Positions 8,961 to 17,105 of a stretch of DNA of 32,000 bases are shown one piece after another. The stretch is from Psychrobacter sp. HD31. Its GTDB lineage: Bacteria > Pseudomonadota > Gammaproteobacteria > Pseudomonadales > Moraxellaceae. The stretch spans positions 1,500,001-1,532,000 of the forward strand of contig NZ_CP142525.1 of NCBI RefSeq assembly GCF_051097895.1, written 5' to 3'. Numbering within the stretch: position 1 is the first letter of the stretch; each line of letters starts with the position of its first letter. A model generated the notes under the pieces. The model did not search any database. It saw only the letters and a program-made list of their open reading frames with translations, and was not told the origin of the DNA. The position numbers and the translations under genes were made by a program.

Positions 8961-9122
8961 TTAAGGTTTATTTACAGTTAACCACGCAGCACAAACTAAA
9001 ATAGCAAACAATAGTCGTATTGCACCATCCCTCTTTGTTTCATTGCCCTTGTTGATGGCATTTGATTTATGCACTTGCTGATAAAACACGACATGTAAGA
9101 TGGCAACTGTGCTTAGTATCAT
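8961..9122 (-). CDS. Possible small two-helix membrane protein (53 aa), speculative
   Basis: Below the ORF-track cutoff. The minus strand reads MILSTVAILHVVFYQQVHKSNAINKGNETKRDGAIRLLFAILVCAAWLTVNKP, two hydrophobic stretches around a polar loop. There is no convincing Shine-Dalgarno, so it may be a chance ORF. Confidence 0.2.
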   Translation of the reverse strand: MILSTVAILHVVFYQQVHKSNAINKGNETKRDGAIRLLFAILVCAAWLTVNKP

Positions 9123-9162
9123 GCTGGCATGTTAACTAAAACAACCTATAGTCAATCAATGG

Positions 9163-9193
9163 GTTGCTCCATACTGCTTAGAGCAACTTTTTT
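9163..9193 (+). terminator. Terminator-like hairpin about 80 nt upstream of the SQR start codon
   Basis: GTTGCTC (9163..9169) pairs with GAGCAAC (9181..9187) around an 11-nt loop and is followed by TTTTTT (9188..9193). Confidence 0.45.
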
Positions 9194-9274
9194 ATGTACA
9201 TCTTAACAACATTGTTGGGCATATTTTTATGCTTTGCAGTAGGGACAAGTAAACTAACGTAGGAGCATTATATT

Positions 9275-10630
9275 ATGCATTCTCATGACAATACCCCCAC
9301 GCCTCCTAGCACCTCAGACAAGCTGGTGATGAACCGTCGTCATTTTTTAGGGTTAACGGCTACCACTGGTGTTGCCTTAGCAACGAGCACGTTAACTGGC
9401 TGTAGCAGCTTACCTTCTTATCAAGAATCAGCAAACATTGTTATTATTGGTTCTGGTTTAGCGGGGCTCGCTGTTGCAAACCGTTTAAGCAAGCAACTAC
9501 CAAATGCCAAGCTCACCATCATCGATGAGAAAAAAGCGCACAACTATCAACCAGGCTACACCCTTTTAGCAACCGGGGTGTGGGACGACACCAATAAAGT
9601 TATCTCTAACAATGCAGACTTAATGCCAGATAATATTGAGTGGATTGAAGAGTTTGCAGGTGAATTTAAGCCAGAAAACAACCAAGTGATTACTGAATCT
9701 GGAAAAACCGTGAGCTATGACTACCTTGTGATTGCAACTGGTTTAAGACTAGGTTACGAAAAGATTGAAGGTTTAACCGTTGACGACCTTGGTAAAAACG
9801 GCATTGGCAGTGTTTACGCCAGCCCAGATATTGCTAAACAAACTTGGCAACAAATGGATGCCTTTCGCAAAACAGGTGGCAAAGCATTAATGACGCTTGC
9901 AAATACCGATATGAAGTGTGCTGGTGCCCCTCTTAAAATGACATTTTTATTGCACGATCGCCTAACTCAGTCTGGCACACGTGCCAATAGTGATATCCAA
10001 TTTTTTAGCCCTAAAGAAACCAGCGTATTTAGTGTGCCCGTTGTAAACGAAAACGTATTAAAACGCTGGGCAGAGTTTGAACACCCAATCAATGTTAATT
10101 TTGAGCGCGTTTTAACTAAAGTTGATACCGCGAATAAACTTGCTTACTTTTCAAAACCAGATGGCAGCCTACAAGAAGAAAAATACGACTTTCTTCACGT
10201 TGTCCCACCAATGTTTGCCGTAGACAGCATCCTTAAAACCCCCTCGTTAATTAACGAAAAAGGCTGGCTAGATGTCGATAAATACACACTACGTCATAAT
10301 CGTTATCCAAACATTTTTGGGGCTGGCGACATTAACGGGACGCCAAAAGGTAAAACCGCAGCAACCGTTAAAAAATCTGCACCTGTTGTTGTAAATAACC
10401 TTATTGAAGTGATTCAAGGCAAAGAACCAACAAATTCATTTGATGGCTATACCTCTTGCCCATTGTTGGTAAAAGAAGGTCAAGCCATGCTGGTTGAGTT
10501 TGACTACGAAAACAACCTCACACCATCCGTTCCATTAATTGATCCTCTACAAGCTGGTTACTTTGCTTGGTTCTTAGAAGATATGATGCTACAGCCAGCA
10601 TACATGGCTGTTGCTAAAGGACAGGTATAA
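9275..10630 (+). CDS. sqr: Type II (SQOR-like) sulfide:quinone oxidoreductase with a Tat signal and lipobox
   Basis: 451 aa. AGGAG lies 9 nt upstream of the ATG. FAD Rossmann IVIIGSGLAGLAVA. Motifs MKCAGAPLK and DGYTSCPLL, plus HVVPPM, GWLDVDK and RYPNIFGAGD, track the mitochondrial/type II SQR pattern as I recall it. The N-terminus carries NRRHFLGL (twin-arginine) followed by LTGC (lipobox, Cys43). Confidence 0.8.
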   Translation: MHSHDNTPTPPSTSDKLVMNRRHFLGLTATTGVALATSTLTGCSSLPSYQESANIVIIGSGLAGLAVANRLSKQLPNAKLTIIDEKKAHNYQPGYTLLATGVWDDTNKVISNNADLMPDNIEWIEEFAGEFKPENNQVITESGKTVSYDYLVIATGLRLGYEKIEGLTVDDLGKNGIGSVYASPDIAKQTWQQMDAFRKTGGKALMTLANTDMKCAGAPLKMTFLLHDRLTQSGTRANSDIQFFSPKETSVFSVPVVNENVLKRWAEFEHPINVNFERVLTKVDTANKLAYFSKPDGSLQEEKYDFLHVVPPMFAVDSILKTPSLINEKGWLDVDKYTLRHNRYPNIFGAGDINGTPKGKTAATVKKSAPVVVNNLIEVIQGKEPTNSFDGYTSCPLLVKEGQAMLVEFDYENNLTPSVPLIDPLQAGYFAWFLEDMMLQPAYMAVAKGQV

Positions 10631-10647
10631 ATTAAAGGAGAATCATT

Positions 10648-10983
10648 ATGAACTTTTTAAGTCAAGCTATTACCATGCAGTGGGAAGCGATTTCACAAAA
10701 CTTACCTTATGTTATCGTTCTTGCTTTGCTATTTATTATTGCCTGGGTTGTTTGGGCAATGCGTTCAGTGCCTTTGTCTCGTGGTGGATTAGCAACTATG
10801 CTGGCATTGGTGGTCGCTGCGATTGCATTTTTTGTTTTACCAACCATTTTTCACTCCAGTATTTCGGATATGACTTACTGGGTAGACTGGGCATTTCACT
10901 TAGCCACTATTTTTGGCGTATTTGTATATAGCTACTTGGTTTTACTGCCGCTGCTTTCTGGTTTAATGCCTAAAAAAGCATAA
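10648..10983 (+). CDS. Small 3-TM membrane protein, likely co-transcribed with sqr
   Basis: 111 aa. AAGGAG RBS 7 nt upstream and only a 17-nt gap after sqr. Three hydrophobic helices. Preferred over the overlapping alternative-frame ORF 10611..10931. No family recognised. Confidence 0.6.
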   Translation: MNFLSQAITMQWEAISQNLPYVIVLALLFIIAWVVWAMRSVPLSRGGLATMLALVVAAIAFFVLPTIFHSSISDMTYWVDWAFHLATIFGVFVYSYLVLLPLLSGLMPKKA

Positions 10984-11005
10984 ATTAGTTTCTATATTTT
11001 TTACC

Positions 11006-11037
11006 AAAAAAAGCCAATCAACTGATTGGCTTTTTTT
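11006..11037. terminator. Bidirectional rho-independent terminator between the sqr operon and prlC
   Basis: AAAAAA-AGCCAATCA-ac-TGATTGGCT-TTTTTT. The 9-bp arms sit between an A-run and a T-run, so the hairpin can serve both convergent units. Confidence 0.8.
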
Positions 11038-11059
11038 ATTATTATTCAACACGATAAAC

Positions 11060-13198
11060 TTATTTTATAAACCCAGCATGTCGCAATAGTGCATCGATGG
11101 TTGCTTCTCGCCCTCTAAAGTTTTCAAAGTTTGTTTTGGCAGGCAAACTACCCCCTACTGCCAAAATAGTCTCTCTAAATTTTTTACCTGTTTTGGCATT
11201 AAAGATGCCCTCTTCTTCAAATTTGCCAAACGCATCGGCTGACAACAACTCTGCCCATTTGTATGAGTAATAACCAGCTGCATAGCCTCCTGCAAAAATA
11301 TGACTAAACCCATTGGCAAAACGATTATATTCTGGCGTTGGCATCACTGCCACTTCATCCCTTACCGCATCTAATAACTTTAGCAAATCTGAATAATCTG
11401 GTGTCGACTCGTGAGCATGCAGCAAAATATCAAACAGGGCAAACTCAATTTGTCGTAAAGTTTGCATGCCACTTTGAAAGTTTTTGGCGTCTAACAATGC
11501 TTTTAATTTTTCGTCAGGCAATGATTCACCCGTTTGCTCATGGCGGCTAATCAAAGCAATGCCTTCGCTATCCCATGCCCAGTTTTCCATAAACTGGCTT
11601 GGTAACTCCACTGCATCCCACTCTACTCCGTTAACACCCGATACATCACCCACCGTCACCTCAGATAATAAATGGTGCAGTCCATGTCCAAACTCATGGA
11701 ACAAGGTCGTGACCTCGTTATGGGTTAATAGGCTTGGTTTCTCTTTGCCTTTTGTCAGCGTTGGTGGCGTAAAATTACCTACCATATAACACACCGGCAA
11801 CTGCTCATAGTTTTGTGCTTCATGGATATATTTTGGCTGGAAACCACTCATCCATGCCCCACCTCGTTTGCCTTGACGAGCATACAAATCAAAATAAAAA
11901 CCGCCAATTAAGCGTTCATCTTCATCAAATAATTGATAAAAACGCACATCTTTATGCCAAAGTGGGACATCTTGGCTATGTTCGACCACGTTAATGCCAT
12001 ATAAGCGGTTTACAATGCTAAACAGACCTTCTATCACCGTTTGTAACGGAAAATATGGGCGGATCTCTTCTTGCGACAAACTAAATTTTTCTTGTTTTAC
12101 TTTTTCTGCCAAATAAGCAGTATCCCAAGGTTTAAGGGCATTGAAACCATGCTGAATGGCGGCCTGTGTTAGCTCCTCTACATCTACCTTGGCAGATGGC
12201 ATTGCTTTTTGTGCAAGCTTACGTAAAAAGTCCTCTACTTGGTTAACACTATCTGCCATTTTGGTAGATAACGACAATTCTGCATAGTTGTTCATGCCCA
12301 GTAAACTTGCCTTTTTAGCACGTAACGCTAATATCTCTGCCATATTATCAGCATTGTTTAGGCTTTCACCTTTAGCACTAGTATGTTTATCAAATTCAGA
12401 AGCACGGGTGACAAAGGCTTTGTACATTTGCTCACGCAACGCTCTGTCATCAGCATACGTCATCACGGCAAGGTAAACAGGAATATCCAGCGTTGCAACA
12501 TAATAAGGCGTTGGCAACTGTTTAATTTGCTCGGCTGTTTTATCACCGCTTTGCGCAAGTTTTTGTTTATAGTGCTCTCCTGCTTGCGCAAGCATTGCCA
12601 AACCGCTCTCTCTAATACCAGCCAACTGCGACTCTGTTAAAGGCAATGCAAATGCTTGCGTTGCATCTAAAATATTGTCAGAAAACTTTGCCGATAACTC
12701 GCTTAACCTGCTTGTTATTTTTGCAAACTCCGCTTGTTTATCTTTTGGTAGTGCAATGCCAGACAGCTCAAAATCTTGCAGTGCCAATTCTATGGCACGT
12801 TTGCGTGCTTGCGGTAAACTAACAAAAAACGCCTTATCTTGTTTAATCATTTGATAGCGGTTAAACAAGGCTTGCGTTTGCCCAACTCGGGTTGAATAAC
12901 TAGATATGGCAAGCAGTAATGCATGATGGGCGTGGCGTATATCATCATTACTCATCACACTATTTAAGTGTGACAACACGCCCCAAGCACGGCTTAATCC
13001 AATATCGGCATGATAAAAAGCTTTAACATCTGCCAATGCTTGCTCGCTACTAGTGGCGTTTGGTGTTTGTTCTAACTTATCTAGGTAGGCTTCAACCTTG
13101 GCTAACTCTTCTGTTATCCGTTGGCTTAAATACTCGGGCGTTGCCTGTGCAAAATCAGTTAAATGCAATTTGGGGTCTAACTTTGTGGTTGCTAACAT
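11060..13198 (-). CDS. prlC: Oligopeptidase A (M3 family metallopeptidase)
   Basis: 712 aa. HEFGHGLHH zinc motif with a downstream E (VELPSQFMENW) and overall M3A layout. Confidence 0.9.
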   Translation of the reverse strand: MLATTKLDPKLHLTDFAQATPEYLSQRITEELAKVEAYLDKLEQTPNATSSEQALADVKAFYHADIGLSRAWGVLSHLNSVMSNDDIRHAHHALLLAISSYSTRVGQTQALFNRYQMIKQDKAFFVSLPQARKRAIELALQDFELSGIALPKDKQAEFAKITSRLSELSAKFSDNILDATQAFALPLTESQLAGIRESGLAMLAQAGEHYKQKLAQSGDKTAEQIKQLPTPYYVATLDIPVYLAVMTYADDRALREQMYKAFVTRASEFDKHTSAKGESLNNADNMAEILALRAKKASLLGMNNYAELSLSTKMADSVNQVEDFLRKLAQKAMPSAKVDVEELTQAAIQHGFNALKPWDTAYLAEKVKQEKFSLSQEEIRPYFPLQTVIEGLFSIVNRLYGINVVEHSQDVPLWHKDVRFYQLFDEDERLIGGFYFDLYARQGKRGGAWMSGFQPKYIHEAQNYEQLPVCYMVGNFTPPTLTKGKEKPSLLTHNEVTTLFHEFGHGLHHLLSEVTVGDVSGVNGVEWDAVELPSQFMENWAWDSEGIALISRHEQTGESLPDEKLKALLDAKNFQSGMQTLRQIEFALFDILLHAHESTPDYSDLLKLLDAVRDEVAVMPTPEYNRFANGFSHIFAGGYAAGYYSYKWAELLSADAFGKFEEEGIFNAKTGKKFRETILAVGGSLPAKTNFENFRGREATIDALLRHAGFIK

Positions 13199-13389
13199 AC
13201 GTGTTCCTGTTTTATTTATCTGTCGCTATGATTTTATTAAAAAATATCTCTCTATACTATATCGGTTCTCATTTGGCTTTTTAAAGAGGGGTGCTATCGT
13301 TTGTCACAAATAAAGGTTACACTAACCATAAAAGCAAAAACTTATTACTAGTATTTAGCCATTTAGCACACTAATTAAAAAAACCGTCC

Positions 13390-14154
13390 ATGATACAAAA
13401 TAAAAAAAGCTTAACGATAACCAGCTATAACATCCATAAAGGTATGTCTGCCCTTAACCGCAATGTGGTTGTGCAAGGTATTGCTCAATCATTGCAACAG
13501 TTAGAGTCAGATATCATTTGTTTACAAGAAGTACAAGGACAAAACCTAAAGCGTGAAATCAAGTTTAATGAGTTCCCTGAACAATCTCAACATGAGTGGT
13601 TTGGTGAGTTTTTAGACTATGAGCACAGTTATGGTAAAAATAGTGAATATGACCATGGGCATCATGGCAATGCGGTACTTAGCCACTATCCGTTAGATCC
13701 CCAGCACAACTTAAATGTGAGTGTCAATCGGCTAGAAAAACGTGGCGTTCTGCATTGCGAGGTTCTGCCAACTGGCTGGGATACCCCTCTGGTGGTGCTG
13801 TGTGCTCACTTAAATTTGTTAGAAGGTGGGCGAGAAAAACAATACAAGGCAATACTTGAGTATGTAAACAACAGTATTGAGCCACATCAGCCACTTATTT
13901 TAGCAGGCGATTTTAACGACTGGAAAAAAAATGCGTGCGAAAAACTGGGGCAACAACTGAACATGACAGAGGCTTTTATCAGTGTGCATGACAAACTATT
14001 GCCAACCTTCCCTGCTCGCTTGCCTGTGCTAAGCCTAGACCGTATTTATGTACGCAACTTAAGTGTAAAGCGTGCTTGGGTGCAAACTGGCAAACCTTGG
14101 ACTGAGCTTTCTGACCATTTGCCCATTAGTGCTGAGGTTGAGCGGATCGGTTAA
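13390..14154 (+). CDS. Endonuclease/exonuclease/phosphatase (EEP) family protein, YbhP-like
   Basis: 254 aa. EEP motifs: SYNIHKG, ICLQEV, NAVLS, ILAGDFND and SDHLPISAEV at the C-terminus. Confidence 0.8.
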   Translation: MIQNKKSLTITSYNIHKGMSALNRNVVVQGIAQSLQQLESDIICLQEVQGQNLKREIKFNEFPEQSQHEWFGEFLDYEHSYGKNSEYDHGHHGNAVLSHYPLDPQHNLNVSVNRLEKRGVLHCEVLPTGWDTPLVVLCAHLNLLEGGREKQYKAILEYVNNSIEPHQPLILAGDFNDWKKNACEKLGQQLNMTEAFISVHDKLLPTFPARLPVLSLDRIYVRNLSVKRAWVQTGKPWTELSDHLPISAEVERIG

Positions 14155-14275
14155 TAGATTAAAAAATTTATATTTTGGCAAATATTAGATAAAATATACC
14201 CTTGCAACAAAAACCATAATGCATATTAATGTGCATCACTTGCCCATTATGGGTAACCATTTAAGAGTTATTATC

Positions 14276-14884
14276 ATGACACACACCCCACCAGCCGACT
14301 TACTTACCCGTGCCAACCACTGGCGTGAAGACATTAGTTTTACTCAAAATGTACTAGGCAAACCATTTAACTTTACCACCACGTGGGGCATATTCTCGCC
14401 AGAAAAGTTGGATGATGGCAGTTTAATGCTGCTTGATTATGTTGATTTTCAACCAAATGACAATTCTATCGATTTGGGCTGTGGCTATGGTGTGCTTGGT
14501 ATGACCGCAGCGAGAGAATGCCCAAATGGCGTACATACTCTGATTGATAAAGATTTTATGGCAGTAGAATACGCCAAGCGTAACTGCCAAGCCAATAGTT
14601 TAAATAATGTCGATGTGCATTTATCCAACGGGTTTAACCATGTGGCAGATGACAAAACTTTTAGCCTTGTAATGAGTAATTTGCCTGCCAAAGTTGGTAA
14701 AGAACAGCACTATTTGTACTTACTAGATGCCTATAACCGTATGGAGCAAGGCGGACGTTTTTATGTGGTTACCATTAATGGTTTACGCCAGTTTATGAAG
14801 CGTGCGTTTACCGAAGTGTTTGGCAACTATAAAAAAGTAAAACAAGGCAAAACTTACACCATTAGCATGGCGGTTAAAGAGTAG
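14276..14884 (+). CDS. Class I SAM-dependent methyltransferase (small MTS / RsmC-like domain)
   Basis: Motif I is DLGCGYGVLG. The motif IV position reads SNLPAK instead of NPPF. GIFSPEKLDDGS is typical of the MTS domain. Start moved to ATG 14276 (MTHTPP); the track ORF begins at 14219. Confidence 0.7.
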   Translation: MTHTPPADLLTRANHWREDISFTQNVLGKPFNFTTTWGIFSPEKLDDGSLMLLDYVDFQPNDNSIDLGCGYGVLGMTAARECPNGVHTLIDKDFMAVEYAKRNCQANSLNNVDVHLSNGFNHVADDKTFSLVMSNLPAKVGKEQHYLYLLDAYNRMEQGGRFYVVTINGLRQFMKRAFTEVFGNYKKVKQGKTYTISMAVKE

Positions 14885-14900
14885 TTAGCAAAGAATTATT

Positions 14901-15923
14901 ATGTTAAGAAAAGAGTTTTTGCAAAAAATAGGACTGGTTAAACCATTTGAAATGGTGTTTAACATTGAACCTAATGATTTTGAAAAAAAGTTTAAAAAGC
15001 TTATCGGACAAGATACTATATTTACGGAAAAAAACAATTCTTCAAAATATAAACATAATTATTCTGGTTTTATCGAATCAAACTCTTTTCAGCTGTCAGA
15101 TTTATACGGTAACATTGAGGGCAGCTACCACCAAGAGGATCAAAAAACAAAAATTTATGCAGAACTAACCAGTTATAAACCTGAATATATCCAAAGAATA
15201 ATTTTTAATATCGTCGCAATTGCAGGGTTTATGTTGTTTTTCATATTTTCCAATGACACAAAAATCCACCCTAAAATTTTCTTCATGCTATTTGGTGGAG
15301 TTTTTTGTCTATTAGTTTTGGCTTACTTTAATCTTAGAAATAATCTAAAACATTCTATTCATAGTCTAAAACGTAATTTATACTTTCTAACAAAAAATTC
15401 AAATGAAGGGATTATTAACGAGCATTTAGAAGACCAGTCATTCTTGGAAGGTAAAAAATTATCTGACCGTTTTACTATGGCGTTTAATATTGAAAAAATT
15501 GACTTTATTAAACAATTTGATAAAACGACCACAAAAAGCCTGTTTCCAATAATAAGCAATACTTTTTCAAGAAAACCCTACTATTATGCCGGTCGAATAA
15601 TAAATGATGAATTTAGTATTAAATCCTTGAATGGTCAAGGAAGAGCAAGAGGACGAATTTATAAAAAAGAAGACAAATTAATCATAGAATCTACAGCAAA
15701 TGGCTTTAGTTTTGGCTATATTCCCTACTATTCGATTGTACTATTTGTTTATTTGATTTTCTTTACCTTTACAATAGCTTCAGGTAGTTATATTTTACTT
15801 TTGTTTATTCTTGTCCATGCAGGGTTTTTATTAATCTCACCTTACTTTATTTTAAAAAAGCATTCTCAAGCTACAAAATATGACTTAGAACGAGAATTTT
15901 ATTACATGACCAAACAGGACTAA
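14901..15923 (+). CDS. Orphan AT-rich membrane protein with an internal tandem duplication (2 x [soluble domain + TM hairpin])
   Basis: 340-aa uninterrupted ORF in very AT-rich DNA. Four predicted hydrophobic helices. Two homologous halves both begin F-x-M-x-FNIE-xx-DF-x-K-x-F. No family recognised. Confidence 0.6.
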   Translation: MLRKEFLQKIGLVKPFEMVFNIEPNDFEKKFKKLIGQDTIFTEKNNSSKYKHNYSGFIESNSFQLSDLYGNIEGSYHQEDQKTKIYAELTSYKPEYIQRIIFNIVAIAGFMLFFIFSNDTKIHPKIFFMLFGGVFCLLVLAYFNLRNNLKHSIHSLKRNLYFLTKNSNEGIINEHLEDQSFLEGKKLSDRFTMAFNIEKIDFIKQFDKTTTKSLFPIISNTFSRKPYYYAGRIINDEFSIKSLNGQGRARGRIYKKEDKLIIESTANGFSFGYIPYYSIVLFVYLIFFTFTIASGSYILLLFILVHAGFLLISPYFILKKHSQATKYDLEREFYYMTKQD

Positions 15924-15942
15924 CACTTCAAGATGTATACAA

Positions 15943-17103
15943 TCAGGTTTTGCGTTGCAATAACCACAAACCAAACAATCCACTGGCAATAATCGGCAGC
16001 AACACCATCAACAAAGGTGAAACACCAGTTGCCAGTGAGATAAAGCCTACCAAGTCTTGCATATAGCTAAAAAACAAACCAAACAATAAAGCAACCACAA
16101 CTCGTAAGCCCAAGCTATGCGTACGCAAAGAACCAAACACAAACGAGCACGCAACAATCACCAAAGACAAAATGGAAAGAGGGCTGAGCAACTTTTGCCA
16201 AAAAGCCAACTCATGTTCAAGCGAGCGGTTGCCTTGGCTTTGCATAAACTGGCGATGATCATATAATTGAGTTAGTGATAAATCTTCTGCTTCACGAGTC
16301 AACAAATAAACCGACTGTGGTTCTATTGGTAGCCCTAAAATATCCGAAACTTGACGAGTTTGGCTAGTCGCAAGCGACTGCCCAATTTTTAGTTCACTTA
16401 AGTCATTTAACTGCCATTGATGACTTAAGCTAAAACCGTCAGAGGCATGTGGATCTTTTACTTCTACTGCACCAACATAATTACCCCCGCGTGCAATAGA
16501 TGCCGATTGCAAGTTGCCAGCATTATCTAAATGCCAGCGTTTTACAAGCCCAATATTGCCTTCAATATCGGCATAATCAATATACAGCACGTCACGACCA
16601 TCTGGTTTTACTGAGTTTGGGGTAGAGCCGTCTATATATCTGGGTTGTACTGTCCAGTAGCCTTCTACCTTTTCAATCACGTCTCGCTTATTATTATCAT
16701 CGTCAACCAAATCGGCTAAATGATTGCTGGTTGGCAGTACAAACTGGTTAATCGCCAAAGCGATAAACACAAAAATAATGGCAGGTTGCAAAACCCAACT
16801 CACAATTTTTGTTTTGCTCACACCACTTGCCTGCATTACCGTAAGCTCACTATTGTTGGCAAGCAAACCTAAACCAACTACCGCACCAAGCAATGCCCCA
16901 GTAGGGATAAACTGCTCTAAAAAATGAGGTGATTTATAAAAAATATAGGTTAGCGCATCACGCATTGTGTAACTATCAGATATGTTTTCTAACTCTGCAA
17001 GGTATGAAAACACCACTTGCAAAAGCCACAACCCCAAAACAGCCGCAACAATAGCAAAAAAGGCATTTTTTTTAACATAACGGCTTAATACACGCATTGC
17101 CAT
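15943..17103 (-). CDS. lptG: LPS export ABC transporter permease LptG
   Basis: 386 aa YjgP/YjgQ-family permease directly downstream of lptF (2-nt gap), in the conserved divergent arrangement with pepA. Confidence 0.9.
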   Translation of the reverse strand: MAMRVLSRYVKKNAFFAIVAAVLGLWLLQVVFSYLAELENISDSYTMRDALTYIFYKSPHFLEQFIPTGALLGAVVGLGLLANNSELTVMQASGVSKTKIVSWVLQPAIIFVFIALAINQFVLPTSNHLADLVDDDNNKRDVIEKVEGYWTVQPRYIDGSTPNSVKPDGRDVLYIDYADIEGNIGLVKRWHLDNAGNLQSASIARGGNYVGAVEVKDPHASDGFSLSHQWQLNDLSELKIGQSLATSQTRQVSDILGLPIEPQSVYLLTREAEDLSLTQLYDHRQFMQSQGNRSLEHELAFWQKLLSPLSILSLVIVACSFVFGSLRTHSLGLRVVVALLFGLFFSYMQDLVGFISLATGVSPLLMVLLPIIASGLFGLWLLQRKT

Positions 17104-17105
17104 CT

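Noticed and set aside
10611-10931. 106-aa ORF overlapping the end of sqr and the small membrane gene
   Set aside because: It is an alternative frame of the same region. The 10648..10983 frame has a strong AAGGAG RBS, clean helices and ends at the terminator, so that frame was preferred.
13390-14884. EEP-family nuclease/phosphatase plus SAM methyltransferase as a possible restriction-modification-like or defence pair
   Set aside because: The EEP protein looks like the widespread YbhP-type housekeeping family. The methyltransferase has an rRNA/protein MTS-type domain (GIFSPEKLDDGS, DLGCGYG), not DNA MTase motifs. The two are separated by a 121-nt gap, and there is no specificity, helicase or ATPase partner.
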